A DNA stretch of 63,335 nucleotides, counting the filler, from Thraustochytrium aureum (Eukaryota): NCBI GenBank assembly GCA_012862495.1. It is 6 parts of 3 records of this genome, joined end to end, with 100 filler letters (N's around TTAATTAATTAA, not from the genome) between each part and the next. Parts side by side here need not be neighbours in the genome. Positions count along the whole stretch, not along the records: positions 13,587 to 39,608 come from BLSG01000098.1; positions 39,709 to 48,075 come from BLSG01000098.1; 4 more parts are not named here. One strand, 5' to 3'. Below the pieces are notes generated by a model. That model was given only the letters and a program-made list of their open reading frames with translations. It ran no database searches and was not told the origin of the DNA. A program made the translations under genes and the position numbers. Positions within the stretch are counted from its first letter, which is position 1; each line of letters begins with the position of its first letter. Below, piece after piece: positions 35,588-46,664 of the stretch.

Positions 35588-38008
35588 ATGGCGCAGGAAG
35601 ATGCGCTCATGGACAGGTTCACGCCGTGGTACTCGGCGATTGATGTGAATGGACCGTCGGACGAAGACGTCCACCTCACCAAGACGCTCAAGGCGTTCAT
35701 GGACGTGGAGGCCCCGCTCGAGGAGGACAGCGAGCAGCGCGTTCGCATTCGGCTGCTCGAGGACCTGCGCGACATGCTCAACGCGTGGGTGCTGCGCAAG
35801 CTGGAGGAAAAGCACGTCATCTTTGAGGGGGACGTCGAGACCGAGCTTGCCGGCCGCGTGTTCGTGTCGGGGTCGTACAGGCTCGGCGTCAACACCAAGG
35901 GCACGGATATCGACTCGATTTGCATGGTGCCCACGCCAATCACGCGCGAGGAGTTCTTCTCCGAGGAGGACGGCATGGTCGCGCTCCTCCGCAAACGGCG
36001 CGAGGTTTCGTATGTCAATCCCGTCATCGCCCGCGTGCCGATCGTCGAAGTTGTGTGGAACGGGATCGAGCTGGACGTGCTCTGCTGTGTCATCCAGCGC
36101 CCGCGCGTCCCGCAACGGCCTGAAGAGCTGTTGGACGACTCGATCCTCGTCGGCATGGACGAGGTGAGCCAGATCACCATCAACGGGCCGCGCGTGACCG
36201 AGCTCATCATCCGGCTCGTGCCAAACTTTGAGACCTTTGGGCTCTGCCTGCGGTGCGCCAGGCTCTGGGCCAAGCGCCGGGGCCTCTACTCTAACAAGAT
36301 GGGTTTTCTCGGCGGTGTCAACTTTGCGATCCTGTGCGCCTTTGTGTGCCAGCTGTACCCGGCTGCGGCGCCCGCAAAGCTGCTGCTGCACTTTTACCAC
36401 CTGTACTGTGTGTGGCGCTGGCCAACAGAGATCCGTCTCTGCCACCCATACATGCCCCAGGGCCTGGACCAGCGCCAGTGGGACGCGCGCGGCTCGGGCG
36501 AAGTGATGCCGATCCTCACCCCGGCGTACCCTAGCATGAACTCGTCCTACAACGTCAACAAGTACACGCTACGAATCATGACGGACGAGTTTGCGCGCGG
36601 CGAGCGCTTTTGCCTCAACCTGCGCCGCAGGAACGCCAACGCACCGATCGAGGACCCGATGCTCTGGGCCCCGCTGTTTGACAGCAGCGAGTTTTTCACG
36701 CGATACAGCACGTACCTCGTTGTCAAGGCCGAGTGCCCGGACGAGAACGCCCTTAGCCGCTGGAGCGGCTGGGTCGAATCTCGCATCCGCCGCCTGCTTG
36801 ATGAGCTCGACCGCTTCTCCATGTCGGAGCTCTACCCGTTCCCAAAGCGGTATGCACATAAAGGCTTGGTTGTCCCCTACGAGGTGGACCCGCGCGTNNN
36901 NNNNNNNNNNNNNNNNNNNNNNNNNNNNNNNNNNNNNNNNNNNNNNNNNNNNNNNNNNNNNNNNNNNNNNNNNNNNNNNNNNNNNNNNNNNNNNNNNNNN
37001 NNNNNNNNNNNNNNNNNNNNNNNNNNNNNNNNNNNNNNNNNNNNNNNNNNNNNNNNNNNNNNNNNNNNNNNGGAGGCGGAGGCCAAGGCCGAGGCTGAGA
37101 AGGAGGCGAAAGTCACGGCCGAGGCTGAGAAGGAGGCGCAAGTCACGGCCGACGCCGAGAGCGACGACAAGGCCGACGCCGGGAACGACGATGACAAGGC
37201 CGACGCCGGGAACGACAAGACCGACGCCGAAAACGATGCCAACGCCAAGAACGATGCCAATCTGGAGGACGCGAGTGCGCAGCCAGCCGCAAAGAGCGGC
37301 GAAGAGAACGCCGGGGAGGAGGAGAAGACTAGCAACCAGGCCGAGCCAAAGAAAGCAGGGGCCGAGGAGGCAGCAGGCCCCGCGTCCCTCTACTGGTACG
37401 TTGGTGTGAAGCCGCACCCGATCAACTCGGTACGCCAAGGCACCAGTGTTGATATGACCTCTGCTGCTGCGCTTTGGTCCGTGACCGTCAAGCGCTGGCA
37501 GGAGCGCGAGCCAGGCATGGAGGTCTACGTCAAGATGAGCAAGTGGTCTCAGCTTCCCGACGACCCCGAACTGTTTCCGAAGGGCAAACGCGCCGCTCGG
37601 CCGCAGCACAAGCGGTTTGTCCAGCTCACCAAGGCCGAGAACGCGCGCATGCGGCGCGAGGTCCGTGGCGTCACAGAAGAAGAGGAGATAGCGGAGAAGG
37701 AGACCGCAGAGCGCCTCGCCGCTGGCCAGGAGCTGGAAAGCGCCGACTTGCCCACGAAAACAGAGCCAGGTTTGGAAGGCGACGCCGCAAACCCGGACGG
37801 GCGCGAGGACAAGGCGGAGGGCGCTGACGACGTGACGCGCATGCAAGATTTGCTTGGGAAGCGCACCCGCGAGGAGCAGGACGGCGAGCTGGCTAAGAAG
37901 GCGCGCAGCGGCATCAACTTTTTCGAGCTCGAGCCAGTCCCGGGCATCGACACGACCAAGGCCATCGCGGTCGGCATGCAAAACCCGCTCCAGCCGGCCG
38001 TCTCCTAG
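35588..38008 (+). CDS. PAP1: Canonical nuclear poly(A) polymerase with an acidic repetitive insertion in the RNA-binding domain
   Basis: GSYRLGV..GTDIDSIC, ARVPIV..GIELD, INGPRVT, LWAKRRGLYSNKMGFLGGV, MPILTPAYPSMNS and WSGWVESRIR. Confidence 0.96.
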   Translation: MAQEDALMDRFTPWYSAIDVNGPSDEDVHLTKTLKAFMDVEAPLEEDSEQRVRIRLLEDLRDMLNAWVLRKLEEKHVIFEGDVETELAGRVFVSGSYRLGVNTKGTDIDSICMVPTPITREEFFSEEDGMVALLRKRREVSYVNPVIARVPIVEVVWNGIELDVLCCVIQRPRVPQRPEELLDDSILVGMDEVSQITINGPRVTELIIRLVPNFETFGLCLRCARLWAKRRGLYSNKMGFLGGVNFAILCAFVCQLYPAAAPAKLLLHFYHLYCVWRWPTEIRLCHPYMPQGLDQRQWDARGSGEVMPILTPAYPSMNSSYNVNKYTLRIMTDEFARGERFCLNLRRRNANAPIEDPMLWAPLFDSSEFFTRYSTYLVVKAECPDENALSRWSGWVESRIRRLLDELDRFSMSELYPFPKRYAHKGLVVPYEVDPRXXXXXXXXXXXXXXXXXXXXXXXXXXXXXXXXXXXXXXXXXXXXXXXXXXXXXXXXXXXEAEAKAEAEKEAKVTAEAEKEAQVTADAESDDKADAGNDDDKADAGNDKTDAENDANAKNDANLEDASAQPAAKSGEENAGEEEKTSNQAEPKKAGAEEAAGPASLYWYVGVKPHPINSVRQGTSVDMTSAAALWSVTVKRWQEREPGMEVYVKMSKWSQLPDDPELFPKGKRAARPQHKRFVQLTKAENARMRREVRGVTEEEEIAEKETAERLAAGQELESADLPTKTEPGLEGDAANPDGREDKAEGADDVTRMQDLLGKRTREEQDGELAKKARSGINFFELEPVPGIDTTKAIAVGMQNPLQPAVS

Positions 38009-38595
38009 CAAGCAAGCTAGCTCTGGAGAGCGCTGCGCTCGACTCGCTTGCAAGAGTAGAGCTCTCNNNNNNNNNNNNNNNNNNNNNNNNNNNNNNNNNN
38101 NNNNNNNNNNNNNNNNNNNNNNNNNNNNNNNNNNNNNNNNNNNNNNNNNNNNNNNNNNNNNNNNNNNNNNNNNNNNNNNNNNNNNNNNNNNNNNNNNNNN
38201 NNNNNNNNNNNNNNNNNNNNNNNNNNNNNNNNNNNNNNNNNNNNNNNNNNNNNNNNNNNNNNNNNNNNNNNNNNNNNNNNNNNNNNNNNNNNNNNNNNNN
38301 NNNNNNNNNNNNNNNNNNNNNNNNNNNNNNNNNNNNNNNNNNNNNNNNNNNNNNNNNNNNNNNNNNNNNNNNNNNNNNNNNNNNNNNNNNNNNNNNNNNN
38401 NNNNNNNNNNNNNNNNNNNNNNNNNNNNNNNNNNNNNNNNNNNNNNNNNNNNNNNNNNNNNNNNNNNNNNNNNNNNNNNNNNNNNNNNNNNNNNNNNNNN
38501 NNNNNNNNNNNNNNNNNNNNNNNNNNNNNNNNNNNNNNNNNNNNNNNNNNNNNNNNNNNNNNNNNNNNNNNNNNNNNNNNNNNNNNNNNNNNNNA

Positions 38596-39608
38596 GCAGC
38601 GTCCTCGTCGTGTACGCTTCGGCGCACGAGGAGCTTGCCCCGGCAGTCGCAGGTTGCGCGCGCGACTGCAGAGACGCCCTGTTTGCGCTACTCGGACCAA
38701 AGTCGGACGAGTGGGTTCACAACGCCCTGAAGGTCCGCAAGGTTGTGGAGCCGCTGCTGTTTGACACCAGGGCCACGTGGGCAACGCCCGCGGGCCAGGC
38801 CAAGAGCCGGCGCCGTAACGCGGCGCGGCTTGCCCATCGACTCTTGTCGCTCGAACGGCTGTCGCCTGGGGCGCTCTTTGGAGCTCCAAACTTGGTCAAC
38901 TGCGCGTCGGTCGCAGAGGCCGGCGCGAGGGAAGCCCTGGAGGAGGTGCTTGACGCCACCGAGCAGCGCGAGCAGCTTGCCAATGACACGCTGGACGAGG
39001 CGGACCTGTGCATTCCGATCGGCATTGCGCTTTTCGCAGAGGGCGCCATCCTACACTCTTCGCTGGGCCGCGAAGACTTGCTGGACGTATTCCGCGTGGC
39101 AGTTGTGCATGGGGCGTTCTCGCATCCAGGCAATGTCGACGCGAGCGACTTGTTTGCCGCTTGCCTGCCACTCTACAGCTGCACGTCGGCGGACTCTGGC
39201 GCAAGGGTGCCCCAGTCGAGGTACTGGGGGGGCGACCGGGGTTATTTCTTGGAGCAGCGGGTGGTCGGATTCGTCGCGCGCGAGGGCGTCGTGCTCGCTC
39301 GCTTGCTCTTGTCGCAGCACCCAGGGGTGGCCGGGACTGGGCACGTGGACCCGTAAGTTGCTGCCGGTCGCTCCTCGCCAGTCCACCCCGCTCGCTAACC
39401 GGACCGTTGCCGGGCCTTGTGCAGGTATGGGATGCTGCTGATGGAGTGTGCGCTGCAGACCTTGCTTGGCCAGGGCACGCTCGACCCCCTCAGAAGTTGC
39501 GCGAGGGCCGACCTGGATCTCCTTGCTGACGAAGTCGACCGGCTTGCGCCGCCTCTGTCTACGGCCGGTAGCGCCCGCCGCCAGCGTAGTAAATCGGCCG
39601 AATCAGAC
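38596..39608 (+). CDS. Partial gene, weakly Inturned/CCZ1 longin-like; intron 39353-39424
   Basis: Open frame with a GT-AG intron (gtaagt, gctaac branch). IGIALFAEGAILHSSLGREDLLDV resembles a conserved Inturned segment by eye only. Confidence 0.4.
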
Positions 39609-39652
39609 NNNNNNNNNNNNNNNNNNNNNNNNNNNNNNNNNNNNNNNNNNNN

Positions 39653-39664
39653 TTAATTAATTAA
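39653..39664. other. Artificial contig linker
   Basis: TTAATTAATTAA in an N block. Confidence 0.97.
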
Positions 39665-40503
39665 NNNNNNNNNNNNNNNNNNNNNNNNNNNNNNNNNNNN
39701 NNNNNNNNGCGAAGCCCTGCAAGCTCGCAGAGTCCACGCGCGGATCGGCCGCGGTCCTGCTCGAGCCTGCTCTTCGCTCTGAAGCCGCGAGCGCCCAAGC
39801 TCTTGCTCCTGCTAGTATTGCTCCTGGTGCTCGCGCTCGCGCTCGCGCTCGGGCCGAGGGACTCGAGCAAGGGCGTCTGGGCGTCCGGCGCATCGCTTTG
39901 GGGAAAAAAAAACAAAAAAAACTCGTTTCGAAGCCGTGCTGTGTCCGACTTGGAGACCATCATGATGGAGTTGACCCCGTTGGACCTTTGCCTTGCGGAT
40001 TGGGTGCGTGCTGGACAGGCAGGATTGGTGCCCGTGGTCTGCAGGCGGGTGGGTCGTGGCGGGCGCGGGCTGGTGAGATCAGTGTGGTTCGGCAGTGCCG
40101 TTGAGATGTTTTTTTGGTTTGAAAAGTTGCGCGTTTTCACACTTGTCCAAAGCGTGGCGCATCAACACGCCGACAGCATCGAGTACCAAGTCGTGCTCAT
40201 GCCAAATAGAGCACATCAAGCTCACGTTCTTCGACAACAAAACACTTCTTTCCATGGCGCAGAAGGCCTCGTCGCTTGGGTTCAGAAGGGCGGAACACAG
40301 CGGTCCTGGGGTACTCGACCACATGCCAACGACGGATCGATTCCACCATGCTCAGATCGTTCCCGCAAAGTGGATTCTGTTTCCGCGGTCTGATCTGGTC
40401 TTCTTGGTCGGACGAGGAGGCACTTGATGGAGCTGACAGTGTCACTGCACAACGCCACGACAGCACTTCGATTCTCGTTGTTGTGTTGGCGAAAGGCGGA
40501 ATC

Positions 40504-42285
40504 TCAAGCCAGCGCACACAACAAGTATTCGCTGAAGAGATCATTCGAGTGCACGCCAAAGTGTCTCATGTCCGTGGGGTCGCGCATATCCGAGCCGCGC
40601 GCAAGGCTGAGCGCTTCAAGGTCCACGATTTTGACTTTCGTCCCGTTTGCGCACGAGCTAGCATGAAACGCGTTGCGCAGGTTTCGATTCACGGCTTGGA
40701 CCTTGATCATCGTCATTCCCCACTTGGTTTGCCCTGAATCGGATGCAAGCCTAGTATACACAATCGGATGCACTGCGGTAGTCGTGAGGAGGACTACACG
40801 GTCGAACGTTGAAGAGCACGTCTGTTCGACGAGCGCGCTGACGGCTTCGTAGTTTTCCTTCAGAGACGCGTATGCAGTACTCCAAAGCCCAGCAAAATTG
40901 ATCACGAGGACGCCTCGGGCTTTCGCTTGCTGAACGATGCTAGAGTACATTTTGAAGTATTTGCCGCCGGGGTGCACCACGCCGCTCCTTTTCTTGCACT
41001 CGAGCTTTGACGTAGAGCCATCTTCCAGCCTCGCCCTGAGCGCCTTACACTGGAACCCTGGTTGAGAGTCACCTACGATCTTCATTTGGAACGGGAGCTT
41101 CACTGAACTGGAAAGCTTTGGGCACCGAGCGGCTTCTCTCGACTTTGGCGAGAGCTCCTCTGGCCCATACACGCCTGTTTTGAACCAACCTAGCCTAGAA
41201 CCGTCCTGCAAAACCCACGACATCCTCCGCTCTCCTTGCGAGTTTGCCGCATCTGACTCGGATGCGCGAAACCAGCCTCTTCCTCCAGGGCGGCCCACGA
41301 AGGGCAGCCGGTCCAGCTCTGTGCTTAGCTTGATGGCGCTGGCATAGTCGACGTATTCGATCCTCCACTCGACCGAGTACTTGTCGGCGAGCGACAGGGG
41401 CAGTGTTGTCACACGCAGTGCGTATTGCGCCCGCCACAACCCTGGGCGCTCCTCGATGTGGCTCAAAAGCTCGAGCCCCGCCTCCCCTGGCGCGAGTGTT
41501 GACCCGTTATGCAATAGTGCTGCGGATGCTGCAGTGCTCTCTGTCGACCAGTCGGCTGTGGTGGGGGCAAACGCGGTTATGGACACGAATAGCACTGGGT
41601 TCTTGAACTCTGACCTGACAGTGAGAACAGGGGGATCGTGCCCGAGCCACGGAAAGTCTGTGGGAGCGTCGAGCAATTCTTGCTCTTCACTTGGGGTCGG
41701 CGACCCCATTGGTTCGATGGATTGATGCGCAGTCTCCTGCGCGCTGCTTGGCGACACTGTCTTGGGCTGCAGAGGAGTCGTACGGCTGAGGCTTGTTTGG
41801 TCTTCGTCCGCAAAGNNNNNNNNNNNNNNNNNNNNNNNNNNNNNNNNNNNNNNNNNNNNNNNNNNNNNNNNNNNNNNNNNNNNNNNNNNNNNNNNNNNNN
41901 NNNNNNNNNNNNNNNNNNNNNNNNNNNNNNNNNNNNNNNNNNNNNNNNNNNNNNNNNNNNNNNNNNNNNNNNNNNNNNNNNNNNNNNNNNNNNNNNNNNN
42001 NNNNNNNNNNNNNNNNNNNNNNNNNNNNNNNNNNNNNNNNNNNNNNNNNNNNNNNNNNNNNNNNNNNNNNNNNNNNNNNNNNNNNNNNNNNNGACTGGCT
42101 GGAACGAGAATGCTCACCTCGAGGCCCCAGGGTTCCCTCGAGTAGAGCCACGCAGCTGAGACTGCAAACACAACCATCACTGTAGCTGCAGCGCACAACC
42201 GCGGTGACCTCGTCGCTTGAGGGTCCTCCGCATCCCGTGACGGCTCGGTCCTGGACTGCACGAGCAATGCCATGTCGTGCGTCAT
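40504..42285 (-). CDS. Membrane-anchored protein with C-terminal SGNH/PC-esterase-like domain (candidate polysaccharide O-acyltransferase or esterase)
   Basis: N-terminal TM (ATVMVVFAVSAAWLY), IVGDS, VLVINFAGLW and C-terminal DMRH (DxxH). Confidence 0.6.
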   Translation of the reverse strand: MTHDMALLVQSRTEPSRDAEDPQATRSPRLCAAATVMVVFAVSAAWLYSREPWGLEVSILVPASXXXXXXXXXXXXXXXXXXXXXXXXXXXXXXXXXXXXXXXXXXXXXXXXXXXXXXXXXXXXXXXXXXXXXXXXXXXXXXXXXXXXXXXXXXXXXFADEDQTSLSRTTPLQPKTVSPSSAQETAHQSIEPMGSPTPSEEQELLDAPTDFPWLGHDPPVLTVRSEFKNPVLFVSITAFAPTTADWSTESTAASAALLHNGSTLAPGEAGLELLSHIEERPGLWRAQYALRVTTLPLSLADKYSVEWRIEYVDYASAIKLSTELDRLPFVGRPGGRGWFRASESDAANSQGERRMSWVLQDGSRLGWFKTGVYGPEELSPKSREAARCPKLSSSVKLPFQMKIVGDSQPGFQCKALRARLEDGSTSKLECKKRSGVVHPGGKYFKMYSSIVQQAKARGVLVINFAGLWSTAYASLKENYEAVSALVEQTCSSTFDRVVLLTTTAVHPIVYTRLASDSGQTKWGMTMIKVQAVNRNLRNAFHASSCANGTKVKIVDLEALSLARGSDMRDPTDMRHFGVHSNDLFSEYLLCALA

Positions 42286-43317
42286 TGTCGCCACCCACCA
42301 CCCAGTACGAACAGCGCAGTGTGGGAGGGGCCTCGCCAACGCCAGAGCCCAGTGGATTCGTCCTAGACTACCCAGCCGCGGCCTGCTCGTCAAGCAACAA
42401 GGAGCTCGTGGCCAGCACCGGGGCGCCGCGCCGGTTTCAACTGGGAGTCTGGATGGGATGGGTTGGGACGAATTGTGTAGCCGACTTGGTGTTCCGAGTC
42501 TGGATAACTTTCAATATGTATTGAAAGTCAAGATACGTCAAGATAAAATATGCACAAAACTGCAAATGAACGTGCCGACAACAAAGACGACGAGTTTCCG
42601 GTAGAGTACCGACGATTTGGCAGCCGAGTCGGCTGTGCGCCTGTCTTTCACTGGTTGCCGGCCCCGGAAGGCTCGGCTTCGCGTTGGACTCTGCTTGGTT
42701 GCTTCGCGGCTCCAAGGGCCTGGCCGTTGGTGCTCGGCGCGGTCTTCCTTCAGATTCTCAGTTTCGCATCCAGCGCGAGTCGAACTGTGTTCTTCTTCTG
42801 GTGCCCCTTCCAAGTTCGTGGCCGAACCCTTCTGGACTTGCTCATCCCGACGCCCTCCAGCCGCAGCCAGCCCCAAGCTCCAGCGCAGGAGCCCAGCTCG
42901 CTGTGCCACACTCCACTCGCAGGAGGAGCAGCGGGCTCCTCTGGCCACATGCTCTCGTTCGGGCTCTGCAGGTAGGTTGAGTGAGAACCCGTGTACTTTG
43001 CAGCCAGGCCGAGCACTGCCGAGAGCAGATAGTATGTCCCGCATCAGTCCTCACGGTCACGAAAGGTCGGCGAGACGGTCGTTGGGGTTTGCGCATGGCA
43101 AGATCAACGTTCCATATCAGATCGGCGAGCATGTATTTGGGCTCGCGCAGGGCGCAGCCAAATCGGGCAGCAGCAGCGCCGATAAACCAGCGATGATCAT
43201 TTTCTAGCTAGCTAGCGTGAGCGCACTGATTTGGTGGCCGACGAGAGATATGGAGGACTGGGAGGCAGAAAACGATGCCATGAGAATGAAGAAATGAGGC
43301 AAAACCAAGCGGCACCG

Positions 43318-44242
43318 CTAACAACCAAGGCCGAGCTGGAGCTCGAGTTCTCTGTTGCGCCAGGTCTGGTACTGTCTGTCCTCCTCCATGAGCGCCAAGC
43401 GGTGCTCCTTGGCCTTTTCAAGCGGCATAACGCCCTGCTGGCGAGGAACGTCGCTCGTCGACAGAACCCGCTCGTTTGGGTCAACCAAATAGAAGACGAC
43501 GATCCGCCGTAGCGCCGTTTCGGTGGCGCTCGTGTTGACCATCTTGGTGACTTTGTGGATGTGCGAGTTGGGGAACACGACCAGGCGCCCGCAGGGTGTA
43601 CCCACGCAGCCGAGCGGCTGGACTGCGTTGTCGAACCAACGGTCGGTGGGATCGGGCAGGTATCCCTTAAAGTTCTCGAGCACGCCGTCTGCCCAGTGCA
43701 TCTGCTCGCGTGTTGTCATGCTACGCTTGAAGAGGATGTCGCCGCCTTCAATCGCCGCGTCGTGGCCTGCGACAAAGAGGGCGGTCGCGAAGATGCTCTC
43801 GTGGCTCATGCCCTCAACGTGCCACTCGTCCTCGCCCTCGTACGTTTGCCCAGGCGCGAGCTCGTAGTCCACCACCTTGGGGTACACTTGTAGCCGCGCG
43901 CCGCGCAGCGAGGCAACGTTGACGCGCATGTTTTCGCGCTCCACGGCCGCGCGATACACAACGTCAACCGCTGGAAGCGCCGCGGCAAGCAGGTCGCGGA
44001 GCGCGCTTTCGAGCTGGGGGTCGTCCAAGTTGTTCAGGTAACCAAGCCATTCGCAGCGCCAGCCGTCGCTCGCGACCTGGACGTCCGTGGGAAGCCACTG
44101 GTACTTGCTGTCCGCAAACGGCCTGCACCAGATGTCTCCATCCACTGCACAAAATCGAATGCTTTCCGCATTTGGAATTGGCAGGACGTTTTCCAAATGG
44201 GCCGAGCGTGCAGACCGATGAGCCTCGCGCTCGGTGTCAACT
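43318..44242 (-). CDS. DUF4246-like (2OG-Fe(II) oxygenase-like fold) domain, 5' end in gap
   Basis: SKYQWLPTD, YLNNL, LQVYPK..ELAPG..YEG..WHVEG..ESIFATALF, GRLVVFPNSHIHKV and RRIVVFYLVDP. Confidence 0.8.
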
Positions 44243-44749
44243 NNNNNNNNNNNNNNNNNNNNNNNNNNNNNNNNNNNNNNNNNNNNNNNNNNNNNNNNNN
44301 NNNNNNNNNNNNNNNNNNNNNNNNNNNNNNNNNNNNNNNNNNNNNNNNNNNNNNNNNNNNNNNNNNNNNNNNNNNNNNNNNNNNNNNNNNNNNNNNNNNN
44401 NNNNNNNNNNNNNNNNNNNNNNNNNNNNNNNNNNNNNNNNNNNNNNNNNNNNNNNNNNNNNNNNNNNNNNNNNNNNNNNNNNNNNNNNNNNNNNNNNNNN
44501 NNNNNNNNNNNNNNNNNNNNNNNNNNNNNNNNNNNNNNNNNNNNNNNNNNNNNNNNNNNNNNNNNNNNNNNNNNNNNNNNNNNNNNNNNNNNNNNNNNNN
44601 NNNNNNNNNNNNNNNNNNNNNNNNNNNNNNNNNNNNNNNNNNNNNNNNNNNNNNNNNNNNNNNNNNNNNNNNNNNNNNNNNNNNNNNNNNNNNNNNNNNN
44701 NNNNNNNNNNNNNNNNNNNNNNNNNNNNNNNNNNNNNNNNNNNNNNNNA

Positions 44750-45896
44750 AGCCTGCAGGTGCGACGCAGTCATTGCCCTTGAGCGGCAGCTCCACCGGAA
44801 TCAGTTCAAGCTCGGCCTCGCTCGAGCCTTCGAGGACGGCCACAACCCGTGCGCATTCGGAAACCTTTCTGTCCCCCCGTGTAGAAGAGGTCCTGCATAC
44901 TGTCCGCCGACCGAGGATCCCCCCAAGACTTGTGCTCGGGCCGGCCCTCGAACAAAAACGACCCACGCGGGTTTCCGGCGTCAAAACCCTCCTCCTCCAT
45001 ATCCCGGAGGAAAACCAGCCTTCCGAGAAGTGACTGCGGCGTTTCGTCTCCTGCGGTGATCATTTCGAGCAAAGTCGGCGCTTGACTGACCGCATGCAAG
45101 CGCTCCCAAAACCCGTTCTGCGCGCCCAGCACGGGCGACAAGTCGGCCACCTTGAGCGGTTGTTCTCCGCCGTCGCTGCTGCTGCTTTCGCTTCGGCGCA
45201 CCAGCTCGGGGTACCACATCGTCCGATTCGGGAGAATGACACGCTCGATCTGGCCCAAGGCGCTCATCGGACACAGCTCTTGGATTGAAACGCTGCCCGA
45301 AAGGTCGAGCTCGTGCAGGCTCTGCTCGAGCAGTCTGAGGGGGACGCTCACGAGCAAGGGGCACTTGACGATTTTCGCGTTGTGGCCCGCGCCGGCGTGG
45401 ACAACGTCGGGGAGCGCTCGCAAAAGTGGGAGGTCTTCGAGGAGCAGGTCGCGGTCCGCGCTCAGCTCTCCGCAGATCTCACGCAGTGCTGAGCAATTCT
45501 GTAGTCGCAGTGAGCCGCCCTGGACACGCAAGCCCGCGGGTATCGTCTCGAGACGTTTGGCGCCGCACACCTCGAAACCGTCCACCACAACCTTCTCTGG
45601 TTGCCAGGAGAACGTGTGCTCAGTCTCCTCGTTATCCTCGTCTTTCTCGTTGGCGCGAGCACCGTCGAGGTTTCTACCAAACTTGGCCTCGCTGGGGTCC
45701 TTGATCACCACAAGCTGCGGAAGCAGCACGAGCTCGACTGCGTCGTGGAGACGAAGCACGCGGCGGACGCTGACCTCCGGGGCCAGTTCAAGCAAACCGC
45801 AGTTGGTCAGCGATACGTGGCAAATGTTGGAGAGCCCTGGCGCATCCAGCGTGCGCAACGTGGGACAGTCGCTCACAGTGAGTGCTTTATCGCGGC
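44750..45896 (-). CDS. Leucine-rich-repeat-like region, possibly the N-terminal part of the DUF4246 gene (frameshift near 44875)
   Basis: Repeated L..L..C..L..(I/L)P patterns (LRLQNCSALREI, LLLEDLPLLRALP, IVKCPLLVSVP, LHELDLSGSVSIQEL); flanked by gaps. Confidence 0.55.
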
Positions 45897-46664
45897 NNNN
45901 NNNNNNNNNNNNNNNNNNNNNNNNNNNNNNNNNNNNNNNNNNNNNNNNNNNNNNNNNNNNNNNNNNNNNNNNNNNNNNNNNNNNNNNNNNNNNNNNNNNN
46001 NNNNNNNNNNNNNNNNNNNNNNNNNNNNNNNNNNNNNNNNNNNNNNNNNNNNNNNNNNNNNNNNNNNNNNNNNNNNNNNNNNNNNNNNNNNNNNNNNNNN
46101 NNNNNNNNNNNNNNNNNNNNNNNNNNNNNNNNNNNNNNNNNNNNNNNNNNNNNNNNNNNNNNNNNNNNNNNNNNNNNNNNNNNNNNNNNNNNNNNNNNNN
46201 NNNNNNNNNNNNNNNNNNNNNNNNNNNNNNNNNNNNNNNNNNNNNNNNNNNNNNNNNNNNNNNNNNNNNNNNNNNNNNNNNNNNNNNNNNNNNNNNNNNN
46301 NNNNNNNNNNNNNNNNNNNNNNNNNNNNNNNNNNNNNNNNNNNNNNNNNNNNNNNNNNNNNNNNNNNNNNNNNNNNNNNNNNNNNNNNNNNNNNNNNNNN
46401 NNNNNNNNNNNNNNNNNNNNNNNNNNNNNNNNNNNNNNNNNNNNNNNNNNNNNNNNNNNNNNNNNNNNNNNNNNNNNNNNNNNNNNNNNNNNNNNNNNNN
46501 NNNNNNNNNNNNNNNNNNNNNNNNNNNNNNNNNNNNNNNNNNNNNNNNNNNNNNNNNNNNNNNNNNNNNNNNNNNNNNNNNNNNNNNNNNNNNNNNNNNN
46601 NNNNNNNNNNNNNNNNNNNNNNNNNNNNNNNGGCTGCGAGGGCGGTCCGAAGAGGAGGCGGCGC

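Noticed and set aside
39709..40500. Possible C-terminal continuation of the Inturned-like gene
   Set aside because: It lies across an artificial linker and the similarity is too weak to support.
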